Below are positions 10,958 to 22,967 of a DNA stretch of 64,000 nucleotides, piece after piece. How positions within the stretch are numbered: the first letter of the stretch is position 1; each line of letters begins with the position of its first letter. The notes beneath the pieces are model-generated. The model had not been told where the DNA came from and made no database searches. It saw only the letters and a list, made by a program, of their open reading frames with translations. The stretch is from an uncultured Flavobacteriaceae bacterium (GTDB lineage: Bacteria > Bacteroidota > Bacteroidia > Flavobacteriales > Flavobacteriaceae). The stretch lies in contig CAVQSO010000012.1 in NCBI GenBank assembly GCA_963715975.1, positions 14,407-78,406 of the forward strand, written 5' to 3'. A program made the position numbers and the translations under genes.

Positions 10958-11497
10958 TTATATCTTCAATTGGTAGATATCAGGAAGATTTCTCCCCAGC
11001 CCATCATAATCCAAGCCATAACCCACAATGAATTTATCTTCAATGGACTTGCCAATATAGTCTATAGGCAATTCTTTTTTAAACACATCAGGCTTAAAGA
11101 ACAGGGTGGCGACCATCAGTTTTTTTACTTTTTTATCTCGAAAGATGTCATAAATTTCAGCAAGGGTATTACCGGTGTCGATAATATCCTCCAGTATGAC
11201 CACCGTCTTCCCGGTCAGATCTTCATTGATACCCACCAGATGCTTGATTTTTCCACTTGAATTGACCCCTTCGTAAGAGGCCATTTTTACAAAGGTGATA
11301 TGACATTCATGCGGGTAATTTCTAACAAAATCAGCCGCGAACATAAACGAACCATTAAGGATTCCTATAAAGATTGGAACTTCATCAGAACCAATATCTT
11401 CAGCAATCTGATTTGCCAGGAATTCCACGTACCTATTGATCTTATCTTTAGCGATAAACGGAACGAAATGTTTGTCGTGAATTTGAATACTTTCCAT
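10958..11497 (-). CDS. hpt: hypoxanthine phosphoribosyltransferase
   Basis: ILNGSFMF, EDIIDTGNT PRPP motif, FIVGYGLDY. Confidence 0.95.
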   Translation of the reverse strand: MESIQIHDKHFVPFIAKDKINRYVEFLANQIAEDIGSDEVPIFIGILNGSFMFAADFVRNYPHECHITFVKMASYEGVNSSGKIKHLVGINEDLTGKTVVILEDIIDTGNTLAEIYDIFRDKKVKKLMVATLFFKPDVFKKELPIDYIGKSIEDKFIVGYGLDYDGLGRNLPDIYQLKI

Positions 11498-11579
11498 TGT
11501 TAATTAACTGATTTTAACCAAATCATATGATGTGTAAACATCATGAATTTGAAAGAAAATGCAAAAATAGGTAAAAACT

Positions 11580-11615
11580 AAAAACCTTTTAGGAAATATC
11601 TCCTAAAAGGTTTTT
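11580..11615 (-). terminator. intrinsic terminator after secDF
   Basis: aaaaaccttttagga-aatatc-tcctaaaaggttttt. Confidence 0.8.
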
Positions 11616-11649
11616 ATATCAATTGAATCCTGTAATTGAGGATCAGATT

Positions 11650-14623
11650 TTAGCTTTTACTCTTTTTGTCTAATTTTTCAGTTGTATCATACATTATCGG
11701 CGATGCAATGAACAATGACGAATAGGTACCTACAATAACACCTATGATCAAGGCAAACATAAATCCTTTGATCGAGTCACCTCCAAAAATAAAGATGGCA
11801 AGTAGTACGATTAAGGTAGTCAAAGAGGTGTTAACCGTTCTTCCTAAAGTACTGCTCAATGCTGTATTTACTGTTCTTGAGTATTTCCACATTGGGTGTT
11901 TATTGTTAAACTCACGGATACGGTCAAAGATAACCACAGTATCATTCAGGGAGTATCCAACAACGGTTAGGATAGCTGCAATAAACGATTGTCCGATTTC
12001 CATATCAAATGGCAATACTTTATACAATAATGAGAAGATCGATAAAACAATCAATACATCATGGAAAACCGCAGCTACGGCCCCTAAACTAAATTGCCAT
12101 TTTCTAAATCGGATCAGAATATAGATAAATACAACAATTAATGAACCTATAATCGCCCATATGGCTGCTTGCTTGATATCGTCAGCAATAGTAGGTCCAA
12201 CCATATAGAATTCCATAATCCCTATATTTACTTCTTTATCTCCAGGTTTAAACTGTTCAAAACTGATGCCTGCAGGGATAAACGAACCTAAGCCATTATA
12301 TAACAACTGCTGGATTTCATCTTCCACCGCGACTCCGTAATCATCGATCTTATATTTAGTAGTGATTTTTAACTGATTCGCTGACCCAAACGTTTTCACT
12401 TCAGGCGAACTTCCGAAGGCATCTTTTAATGTATTAGCGATTTCAGGAGGACTTACATTTTCAGCGAACCTAACTGTATAGGTTCTTCCTCCTTTAAAGT
12501 CAACACCGTAATTCAATCCATTTGTGAATAAAGATCCTAATCCAATGATCAAAATGATTCCTGAGATCAGGTAAGACATTTTCCTCTTTTTAAGGAAGTC
12601 AATATTGATATCTTTAAACCAATTCTTCGTGATATTTGTATTGAATGTAAGTTGACGGTCTTTATTTACATACCATTCTATCAATAGTCTTGTGATAAAA
12701 ATTGCCGAGAACAAAGAAGTCACAATACCAATCATTAAGGTAGTGGCAAATCCTTTTACCGGTCCTGTACCAAATACATAAAGAATGATACCTGTAAGCA
12801 AGGTCGTAACGTTTGCATCCAGAATTGATGATAAGCGCTCCTCCAAAACCATCGTTGATAGATTCTTTTAAACCTTTACCTTTGTTTAATTCTTCTTTGA
12901 TTCTTTCATAGATCAGCACGTTTGCATCAACCGACATACCAATAGTCAGTACGATACCTGCAATTCCAGGCAGTGTCAATACAGCTCCAAAAGAAGTAAG
13001 TACACCAAAAATGAAAAGTATATTCAAGACAAGTGCAATGTCAGAGAAAATACCTGCTTTACCATAGTAGAATAACATCCATAACAACACAATGATCAAG
13101 GCGATAATAAATGAATAGGTTCCACTATCTATAGCTTCTTGTCCTAAAGATGGCCCCACTACATCCGATTGGATGATCCTTGCGGCAGCAGGAAGTTTAC
13201 CTGATTTAAGCGCATTGGCTAAATCCTGAGCTTCATCTATTGTAAATTGTCCTGAAATAGAGGTTCTACCGGTAGTAATGGCATCATTTACGCGGGGGGC
13301 TGAGTATACATAATCATCAAGAACAACCGCAACAAATTTACCTACATTGGCAGTCGTCATTTTTGCCCATTGTTTGGTCCCTTTACTATTCATGGTCATA
13401 CTCACCTCAGGGTTAGCACCTAACTGATCAAAAACCTGTGACGCATCTGAAATAACATCTCCTTGAATAGGAGCTTCATCATCCCGGTTTGACTTTAGTG
13501 CGTAAAAATTGATAAAATCATTATTAGACTTAGCATCCCAGGCGAATTTTGTGTATTTTAATTCGCTTGGAAGTAGTGCTCTTACTTCTTTCATAGAAAG
13601 ATATTCATTGATAATAGCGGTATCCTTTACACTGGCTGTACCGATGATGGAGCTAATATCATTTTGAGATTGCGGGAAGCGAACAAATAATTTGCTAAAT
13701 AAAGGATTGGTGGTTTCGAAATCAACAGAATCTTTTACTTCTCCTAAAAGGTCATCAATTTCATCATCCTTCACCTGTGCTGAGTCTAGCTCTACTTCTG
13801 CTTCCTCAACTTTAAGGATTTCGGCAAGAGTTGTGTTAGCTGACAAAAAGAACTGTGTCAGATCCTGATTGGTATAAACTTCCCAGAATTGTAATTCAGC
13901 GGTACTTTGCAATAGTTTTCTTACACGATCAATATCTTTAGCACCTGGAAGTTCAATGAGGATTCGTCCGGATTCACCAATTCTTTGAATGTTAGGTTGG
14001 GTTACCCCAAAACGGTCTATTCTGCTTCTTAGTACTTCAAAAGCTGTATTTATAGAACCTTTTACTTCTTGTTCCAAGATAGGTTTAACCTCGTCATCGG
14101 TCATTTTGAAATTGATCTTATCTTTCAAAGATTTGTTTCCAAAAATACTTGGATCACTCAATTTGACTGAACCATTACTGGCTGTTTCAAAAGCCTCATA
14201 GAATAACAGTAAATAGTCTTTGTCACTGTCTTTTTGTGCTTTCGAAGCGTTGATAAGCGCCTCATTGAAAACAGGATTTTTAGATTCGTTTGATAAACCG
14301 AATAAGATATCCCTTACAGATACTTCTAAAATCGCATTGATACCCCCCTTAAGGTCAAGTCCAAGATTGATCTCTTTTTCTTTAACTTCATTGTAAGTAA
14401 ATTCTGTGAAACCTAGATTCACCACAGGTGTATTAGCTACGGAGTCCAAATATTCCCTTTCCATTTTGCCCAATTCTTCAGTATCTGAAGCAACTGCTTT
14501 GGTTTCTGCATAGATAACAGCATCTTTCTCAACATTTTTTGCGAACCATGTGAATGATAGCTGGTATAGGCATACCACACTCAAAATGATTGCAAATAAT
14601 CTAATAAGTCCCTTGTTTTGCAT
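11650..14623 (-). CDS. secDF: fused protein translocase SecDF; frameshift near 12835
   Basis: LGLDLKGG and [13 protein letters not shown] (SecD); [15 protein letters not shown] and [16 protein letters not shown] (SecF), in two overlapping ORFs. Confidence 0.93.
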
Positions 14624-14778
14624 TCCTATCTTATTTTAAAATCTTATTTTTGATATAATCGGGCAAATATACTCAAAAGATTTAGCTTTGAAAGAAATAA
14701 GTCCTAAATTTTGGGGCGATTCTGCCTTTAGTTTTGGACAGTTTTTTTACTACTTTAGCTACTCAAATTATAAGGAAA

Positions 14779-16454
14779 ATGGAATATAAAACAGACATTG
14801 ATATAGCACAAAATACAACCCTGGTTCATATAAAGGAAATTGCTTCAAAACTTAAAATTCAGGAGGATGATCTTGAGTTGTATGGAAAATACAAAGCTAA
14901 ACTACCTCTTGACCTTATTGATGAAAAAAAAATAGCAGAAAACAACCTCGTTTTGGTAACGGCTATTACTCCAACACCGGCAGGAGAGGGTAAAACTACG
15001 GTATCTATAGGGCTTACTGAAGGACTTAACAAAATTGGAGAACAGGCAACTGGTGGTTTTGAGAGAACCTTCATTGGGACCCGTTTTTGGTATCAAAGGC
15101 GGTGCTGCCGGCGGTGGTTATTCGCAGGTGGTTCCTATGGAAGACATAAATCTTCACTTCACTGGTGATTTCAACGCGGTGGAGAAGGCAAACAACTTAC
15201 TGTCGGCATTAGTTGATAACAATTTGCAGGCATCAGATAATCTGAATCTTGATCCCAGGACCATTTTTTGGAAAAGGGTGATCGATATGAATGACAGGTC
15301 ATTGAGAAGTATTACTATAGGACTGGGAGGAACAGCCAATGGTGTTCCAAGAGAAGATGGGTTTAACATTACGCCTGCTTCTGAGGTGATGGCAATTCTT
15401 TGTATGGCTTCTGGATTTGATGATCTCAAGAAAAGACTTGGCGACATATTTATAGGGTTTACTTACGATAAAAAACCTGTATTTGCCAGAGATCTGAAAG
15501 CTGAGAATGCCATGGCGATTTTATTAAAAGATGCGATCAAGCCTAATTTGGTGCAAACACTTGAAAAGAATCCTGCCATTATTCATGGAGGTCCGTTTGC
15601 GAATATAGCTCAGGGTACCAATACTATTTTGGCGACAAAAATGGGTTTATCCTTGTCGAATTATGTGGTAACTGAGGCCGGATTTGGTGCTGATCTTGGA
15701 GCTGAAAAATTCCTGAACATTAAATGTGCAGCTTCTGGTTTGAGTCCGAAAGCAGTTGTTTTGGTGGCAACAATCAGGGCTTTAAGGCATCATGGGGGTG
15801 CAAATAAGGATGCCATTAATGAACCCAATCCTGAATTGGTGGTAAAAGGTATTGCCAACCTTGAAAAGCACATTGAAAATATTAGAAAGTTCAATATCCA
15901 GCCAGTAGTGGCAATTAACTCCTTTACGAATGATACTCAGGAAGAGGTAAATTTGGTGATCAAGGCTTGTGCAGGACTTAGATGTTGAAGCTGTTGTTTC
16001 AAATGGATGGGCAAAAGGAGGGGAAGGAACCCGGGAATTGGCTGCTGCTGTAAAGAAAGTTGTGGAGGGAGGTCAATCTCAATTTACACCTTTATATAAC
16101 TGGAAGTCACCGGTCAAAGAAAAAATTGAAAAGATCGCCAGAGAGATATATGGCGCTACCAGTGTTTCATATGATAAAATGGCGCAACTTAATTTAAGAC
16201 GAATAGATAGGCTTGGATTCAATGATTTTGCTGTCTGTATGGCAAAAACACAAAAATCATTTTCTGATGATGAAAGTCTTATTGGCAGACCGGAAAACTT
16301 TGAGGTAACCGTAAGGGAGATTGAAATTGCGGCAGGTGCCGGTTTTATTATACCAATTTTGGGTAAAATGATGAGGATGCCCGGACTACCGGCTCATCCG
16401 GCTTCTGAAAACATGTCTATTGACAGTAAGGGAGTCATTTCCGGATTGTCTTAA
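14779..16454 (+). CDS. fhs: formate--tetrahydrofolate ligase; frameshifts near 15050 and 15975
   Basis: [50 protein letters not shown] and MRMPGLP across three ORFs. Confidence 0.93.
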
Positions 16455-16458
16455 AACT

Positions 16459-16491
16459 AAAAAAGCCATGAATCATATTCATGGCTTTTTT
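16459..16491. terminator. bidirectional terminator between fhs and mdh
   Basis: aaaaaagccatgaat-cat-attcatggctttttt. Confidence 0.85.
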
Positions 16492-16511
16492 AATTCTTAC
16501 ATAAAAGAAGA

Positions 16512-17447
16512 TTAGCTAACAGTTTCTTCCAACAATCCGTTTGTGTTTCGAACTGCCTCAGCACTGTTTTGTAACTTTTCTTTTTCAGCTTCGGTCAAAT
16601 CAAGTTCTACGATAGATTCAATACCATTCTTACCTATGATACATGGAACTCCAATAGAAATATCATCAAGACCATATTCTCCTTCCAAAAGAGCAGAACA
16701 TGGAAACATTTTTTTATGGTCACAAGCGATAGCCTGAACCATCGATGATACTGCTGCACCTGGTGCATACCAGGCACTGGTACCTAACATTTTGGTCAAT
16801 GTAGCACCTCCCACTTTTGTAGCTTCGGCAACTTCATTGATCGTATCTTCGGATAAAAATTTGCTTACAGGAACACTATTTCTTACAGCAAGCCTGGTTA
16901 AAGGAATCATTCCAGTATCACTGTGACCTCCGATCACCATTCCATCAACATCCGAAGCAGGACATCCTAAGGCCTCTGCAAGTCTGTATTTGAATCTGGC
17001 ACTGTCAAGTGCACCTCCCATACCAATGATACGATTTTTAGGTATGCCAAGGGCTTTGTGGGTTAAATAGGTCATGGTATCCATAGGATTACTCACTACG
17101 ATAAAAATCACATTGGGAGAATGTTCAAGAACACTTTGTGTCACAGACTTCACAATGCCGGCATTGATACCGATAAGTTCTTCTCTGGTCATTCCTGGTT
17201 TACGAGGAATTCCACTTGTTATCACAGCGATGTCACTATTGGCCGTTTTGGAATAATCGTTTGTACTACCTGAGATCAGGGTGTCAAATCCGTTTAAAGA
17301 AGCGGTTTGCATAAGGTCCATAGCTTTTCCTTCAGCATAATTTTCTTTAATGTCAATGATGACAACCTCTGAGGCGAAATCTTTGATTGCGATGTATTCG
17401 GCACAACTCGCTCCAACTGCTCCTGCACCAACTATAGTTACTTTCAT
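16512..17447 (-). CDS. mdh: malate dehydrogenase (LDH-like)
   Basis: GAGAVG, PRKPGMTR, SNPMD, LDSARF, GGH. Confidence 0.95.
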   Translation of the reverse strand: MKVTIVGAGAVGASCAEYIAIKDFASEVVIIDIKENYAEGKAMDLMQTASLNGFDTLISGSTNDYSKTANSDIAVITSGIPRKPGMTREELIGINAGIVKSVTQSVLEHSPNVIFIVVSNPMDTMTYLTHKALGIPKNRIIGMGGALDSARFKYRLAEALGCPASDVDGMVIGGHSDTGMIPLTRLAVRNSVPVSKFLSEDTINEVAEATKVGGATLTKMLGTSAWYAPGAAVSSMVQAIACDHKKMFPCSALLEGEYGLDDISIGVPCIIGKNGIESIVELDLTEAEKEKLQNSAEAVRNTNGLLEETVS

Positions 17448-17492
17448 ATTACTAAAATTTATAATTAATTAAATAGGTTTGTTCTAAATTTT

Positions 17493-17527
17493 AAGACCCA
17501 AGCTCTTTTTGAAGGGTCTTGGGTCTT
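17493..17527. other. hairpin between gyrB and mdh, without a U-tract on the sense strand
   Basis: aagacccaag (17493-17502) pairs with cttgggtctt (17518-17527). Confidence 0.5.
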
Positions 17528-17535
17528 GTAAATGT

Positions 17536-19512
<1,977 letters not shown>

Positions 19513-19522
19513 TTAAAACGTA

Positions 19523-19530
19523 CAAATATA
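19523..19530 (-). promoter_or_regulatory. -7 element (TATATTTG) of the gyrB promoter
   Basis: Matches the Bacteroidota TAnnTTTG consensus 40 bp upstream of the gyrB start. Confidence 0.6.
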
Positions 19531-19648
19531 AGAAAACCCCAGCTTTCTAGCCTTTTTTTTGCAGTTTTAAAGCACTAAGTTATCAACATTTTTGACTGCT
19601 GAAACGCTAATGATGGTTAGATAAACTGATAATGAGTGTATAAATCAT

Positions 19649-19688
19649 AAAAAAACCTGTTTAGATAGTATCTAAACAGGTTTTTTTT
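19649..19688 (-). terminator. intrinsic terminator of candidate sRNA unit A
   Basis: aaaaaaacctgtttagata-g-tatctaaacaggtttttttt; no annotated CDS ends nearby. Confidence 0.85.
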
Positions 19689-19857
19689 CTTGTGCAAATT
19701 AAAATAGCTTAATATTTGTTTATTTGCAATGCTAATCATTTCAGAGATATTATTCCCCTCAGTCCAATATTCGAAATTGATTAACATTATTATAAACTAA
19801 AAGTTTATTTTTGTTACTATGAAATTAAATCAAGAATTAGACCTTGAAATTAAAATC
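19649..19857 (-). ncRNA. candidate sRNA unit A (~210 nt), paralogue of unit B; 5' end estimated
   Basis: Bounded by TACGTTTG (19862-19869) and a terminator; shares a 3' core with unit B. Confidence 0.6.
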
Positions 19858-19861
19858 TTTA

Positions 19862-19913
19862 CAAACGTAAGATTCAAATCTGAAGAAAATCTGAAGTTTT
19901 ACTCAGATTTGAA
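19862..19913 (-). promoter_or_regulatory. unit A promoter: -7 TACGTTTG plus direct repeat box (aaatctgaag x2, 11-bp period)
   Basis: aaatctgaag at 19876-19885 and 19887-19896; inverted copy tcagatttgaa at 19903-19913. Confidence 0.65.
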
Positions 19914-19922
19914 ATAATTATT

Positions 19923-19964
19923 AAAAAAAGCCTGTAAAAAATGAAATTGCCTACAGGCTTTTTT
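19923..19964 (-). terminator. intrinsic terminator of candidate sRNA unit B
   Basis: aaaaaaagcctgta...tacaggctttttt; U7 tail on the minus strand. Confidence 0.8.
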
Positions 19965-20149
19965 ATTTAAATTAAAACAACTTAATGTTTCAATTGATTT
20001 GCAATAACCCACCTCAAGGTTTCTATTCCCCTCAAAATATAGCCTTTCATGTAAGTTATGCTGATATCTTCTTTGTTATTTCAGTATTCATAGCATGAAT
20101 TTTTGAACGTTCTGAAACAGTTATTTAAATACAATAACAATCAGATAAC
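19923..20149 (-). ncRNA. candidate sRNA unit B (~225 nt), paralogue of unit A; 5' end estimated
   Basis: Bounded by TACATTTG (20154-20161) and a terminator; shares a 3' core with unit A. Confidence 0.6.
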
Positions 20150-20153
20150 GGGA

Positions 20154-20188
20154 CAAATGTAAGTGCTGTTTCTAAAGAAAATCTGAAG
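20154..20188 (-). promoter_or_regulatory. unit B promoter: -7 TACATTTG plus direct repeat box (tctaaag/tctgaag, 11-bp period)
   Basis: tctaaagaaaatctgaag at 20171-20188, at the same offset from the -7 element as in unit A. Confidence 0.65.
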
Positions 20189-20220
20189 AATTCGAAAGAT
20201 TTATAAATCTACCTTTTTGA

Positions 20221-21472
20221 TTAAAAATAAATTGAGATATTGTGTTGGTCCTCAACATATGAATGAGTGATATTCCAATTATAGTTATCGCATATTTTTT
20301 TTACAATGGCCAATCCAAGCCCAAATGAATTACTTGCGGTACTCTCTTTTTTAAATCTTTCAAAAAGAGAATGAAGAGCTCATTTTAGGAGCTTCTCCAG
20401 AATTAGAAACACTAATAAAGAGATCGGTGGTTTGAATAAGGATCTGACCTTTTTCAATATTGTGTTTAATTGCGTTACTGATCAAATTGGAGATGACCAT
20501 ATCAAATAAAAGTGGGTTGGCCTGAATTTTGACATCCAGGGTGGATTTCATTTCTACCTTCAGTTTTTTGTTGTTTATAAAATCATCAAATATTTCTAAA
20601 TGACTTTCGATAACTTCGTTGACTCTGAATGGTCTCAACATCCTTAAATTGTCTGATTTTCAATTTTTGAAAGCAGCAACAGGGTTTTGTTCAATTTAGC
20701 AAGTCTTTGAACAGATAGATAAATAGCCTTGATCTGAGCTATCTGAGCTTTAGTCAAGGTTATCAGATTGGAGAAGCAGTTCTGATTTGGTTTGCATTAT
20801 TGCCAAAGGTGTCTGCATTTCATGAGATGCATTTTCGGTAAACTCCTTAAGGTTGTTAAAGTCAGAATTAATCTTATTGGTCAGTTTTGATAAAGAGTCG
20901 TTTAATTCCTGAAATTCGTCAATATCGGAAGACTGAAGTTCGATCGGGCGATTCGCTTCAACCGAAAAATTTTTGAGTGATTCAAGATTGTTATAAAAAG
21001 GTAACCATACCCTTCTCATGACGATAGTATTGACAAAATAAACGGTAATTATCAAGAGCAGAACAACAATACCTACCGAAACAGTAATGCCGAGTATGGC
21101 ATCCTGGTTTCGAACAAGAGAACTTCTGGTAATAATTCTATAGGTTTTTCCCTGGAGTGTTTCAACAGAAGTTAGTTGTCTGTACAATTCGTACTTTTCC
21201 TTGTTGTTGACCACATGATACATAAGTGTATCTTTAAAGTATAAAGTGTCCTTAGGCGGATTATTTGATTTAAAGTCTTCTACATCAAAAATAGGAAGCG
21301 GATTTTCATATTTGATCTTTTTAGCGATCAATTCCTTATCCCAAAGCAATTTTTCATCCTGTTTTTTGGTAACAACATGCTTTAAAGTAAAGTATATGAC
21401 AGAACTGGAAATTATAAAAATAATAACCGAGTACAGGATATAAGTCTTTCTTGTTTTTTCAAATAATTTCAC
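20221..21472 (-). CDS. sensor histidine kinase (QseC/CusS-like class); frameshifts near 20750, 20645 and 20365
   Basis: Two TM segments, ENASHEMQTPL H-box, NLISNAIKHN N-box; FERF and SFGLGLAIVKKI read manually near 20290-20365; stop at 20221-20223. Confidence 0.88.
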
Positions 21473-21527
21473 TCAAAAATCAAATTTATGGAAGTTGTCT
21501 TATTGCTTTTGAATCTATAAAATAAAG

Positions 21528-22202
21528 CTATTCTCCAAATTTATAACCCAAACCATAAATGGTTTGAAGATAGTCATTTGCACCACTTTTTTTTAGTTTT
21601 TTTCTTAAATTTCTCATGTGGGTATAGATAAAATCGAAATTATCGACCATGTCGATATTATCGCCCCACAAATGTTCAGCAATAGCTTCTTTGGTTAAGA
21701 CTCGGTCCTTATTTGTAATAAAATAAAGTAGCAGAAAATATTCTTTTTTGGTAAGGTCCAAGGATACGTCATTTACGATGGCTCTTTTGGCGACCGGGTC
21801 AATTTCAATTTCCTTGTAAACAATTTCATTACTTCCTTCAAATTTCCGCCTTCTAAGCAAGGAATTAACTCTTGAATTAAGTTCTGCCAAATGAAATGGT
21901 TTTGTAATATAATCATCTGCACCCAGATCAAGACCTTTAAGTTTGTCGTCCAGGGAATCCTTAGCTGACACAATAAGAACTCCTGTTTCAGGACTTTTTT
22001 CTTTGATAAATTTCAGCAATTCCAATCCGTTACCATCAGGAAGGTTAATGTCGAGTATCACGACGTCATAATTATAGGAAATCAATTTGTCTTCCGCTTC
22101 AAAAAAATTAGGGGCAGTTTCACAAACAAAATCTTCTTTTTCCAAATACCCGCTAGTTGCGTTAAGCAACTCCATTTCATCCTCTACTATCAATAGTTTC
22201 AT
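21528..22202 (-). CDS. OmpR/PhoB-family response regulator
   Basis: MKLLIVEDE, LDINLPDGNG, GADDYITKPF; winged helix LTKKEY...LRKKL...TIYGLGY. Confidence 0.95.
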   Translation of the reverse strand: MKLLIVEDEMELLNATSGYLEKEDFVCETAPNFFEAEDKLISYNYDVVILDINLPDGNGLELLKFIKEKSPETGVLIVSAKDSLDDKLKGLDLGADDYITKPFHLAELNSRVNSLLRRRKFEGSNEIVYKEIEIDPVAKRAIVNDVSLDLTKKEYFLLLYFITNKDRVLTKEAIAEHLWGDNIDMVDNFDFIYTHMRNLRKKLKKSGANDYLQTIYGLGYKFGE

Positions 22203-22400
22203 GTCGACATAATTTAAGGTTTTACAAAAATAGTATATAATTGACATACTTGGCCAATTAAAATACTTTTAACAGATTCTTGGCTTTTTTAAACAGGTAG
22301 ATTTTTCTATACAATTTGCAAAAGAGAATGGTTGATATAATAATAATGGATTTAGTGCGTTTATTATTATCGAATGATTACTTAATAATTGTTTGTTGCT

Positions 22401-22962
22401 ATGAATAAGAAAATAATTACCTCAATGCTTTGTTGTGCGTTGTTGTCAAGTGTAATGAGCTTTGCTCAAAAATTTGACAAACCGGATAAAGCGCCTGTCG
22501 ATATCTCATATCTCACTACTTCTAAAATTCCAAAACCATTGGTAAAAGTAGTTTACGGAAGACCTCAAAAGGAGTCAGAATAAAGTATTTGGTGAACAAA
22601 TCCCCTATGGAGAGATTTGGAGCACTGGTGCCAATGAAGCCACAGAAATAAAGTTCTTCACTGATATGTCTTTTGGAAGGAAACTTGTAAAGGCCGGTAC
22701 CTATGTATTGCATACAATTCCGGGAGAAAAGGAATGGACCATTATACTTAATAGTAATACGGATACGTGGGGGTCATTTTTCTATGATGAATCTAAAGAT
22801 GTGGTTCGTGTAAAGATACCGACCAAGGAGGCGGAAGCAATTGATATTTTTTCGATAGGCTTCAAAGAAGATTTTAACAATATTTTCATGGTTTTAGCAT
22901 GGGATGATACACGAATCGATATACCACTTGCCACACAGGACGTGATTTTAGCAAAAATTTAA
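22401..22962 (+). CDS. DUF2911 domain protein; frameshift near 22580
   Basis: Signal peptide, KVVYGRPQK, TGANEAT (read manually), AGTY.L.TIP...EWTII, LAWDDT; paralogue of the next gene. Confidence 0.8.
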
Positions 22963-22967
22963 TTTCT

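Noticed and set aside
19617-19787. 56-codon minus-strand ORF (MLINFEYWTEGN...) in unit A
   Set aside because: It runs through the terminator, and the equivalent frame in unit B has no start codon. Not fully excluded given the indel errors.
19982-20050. 22-codon minus-strand ORF (MKGYILRGIETLRWVIANQLKH) in unit B
   Set aside because: It reads the conserved 11-mer in a different frame from unit A, so conservation is at nucleotide level. A dual-function RNA remains possible.
19649-20190. CRISPR array or MITE pair
   Set aside because: Only two long diverged units; no identical repeats with spacers, terminal inverted repeats, target duplications, cas or transposase genes.
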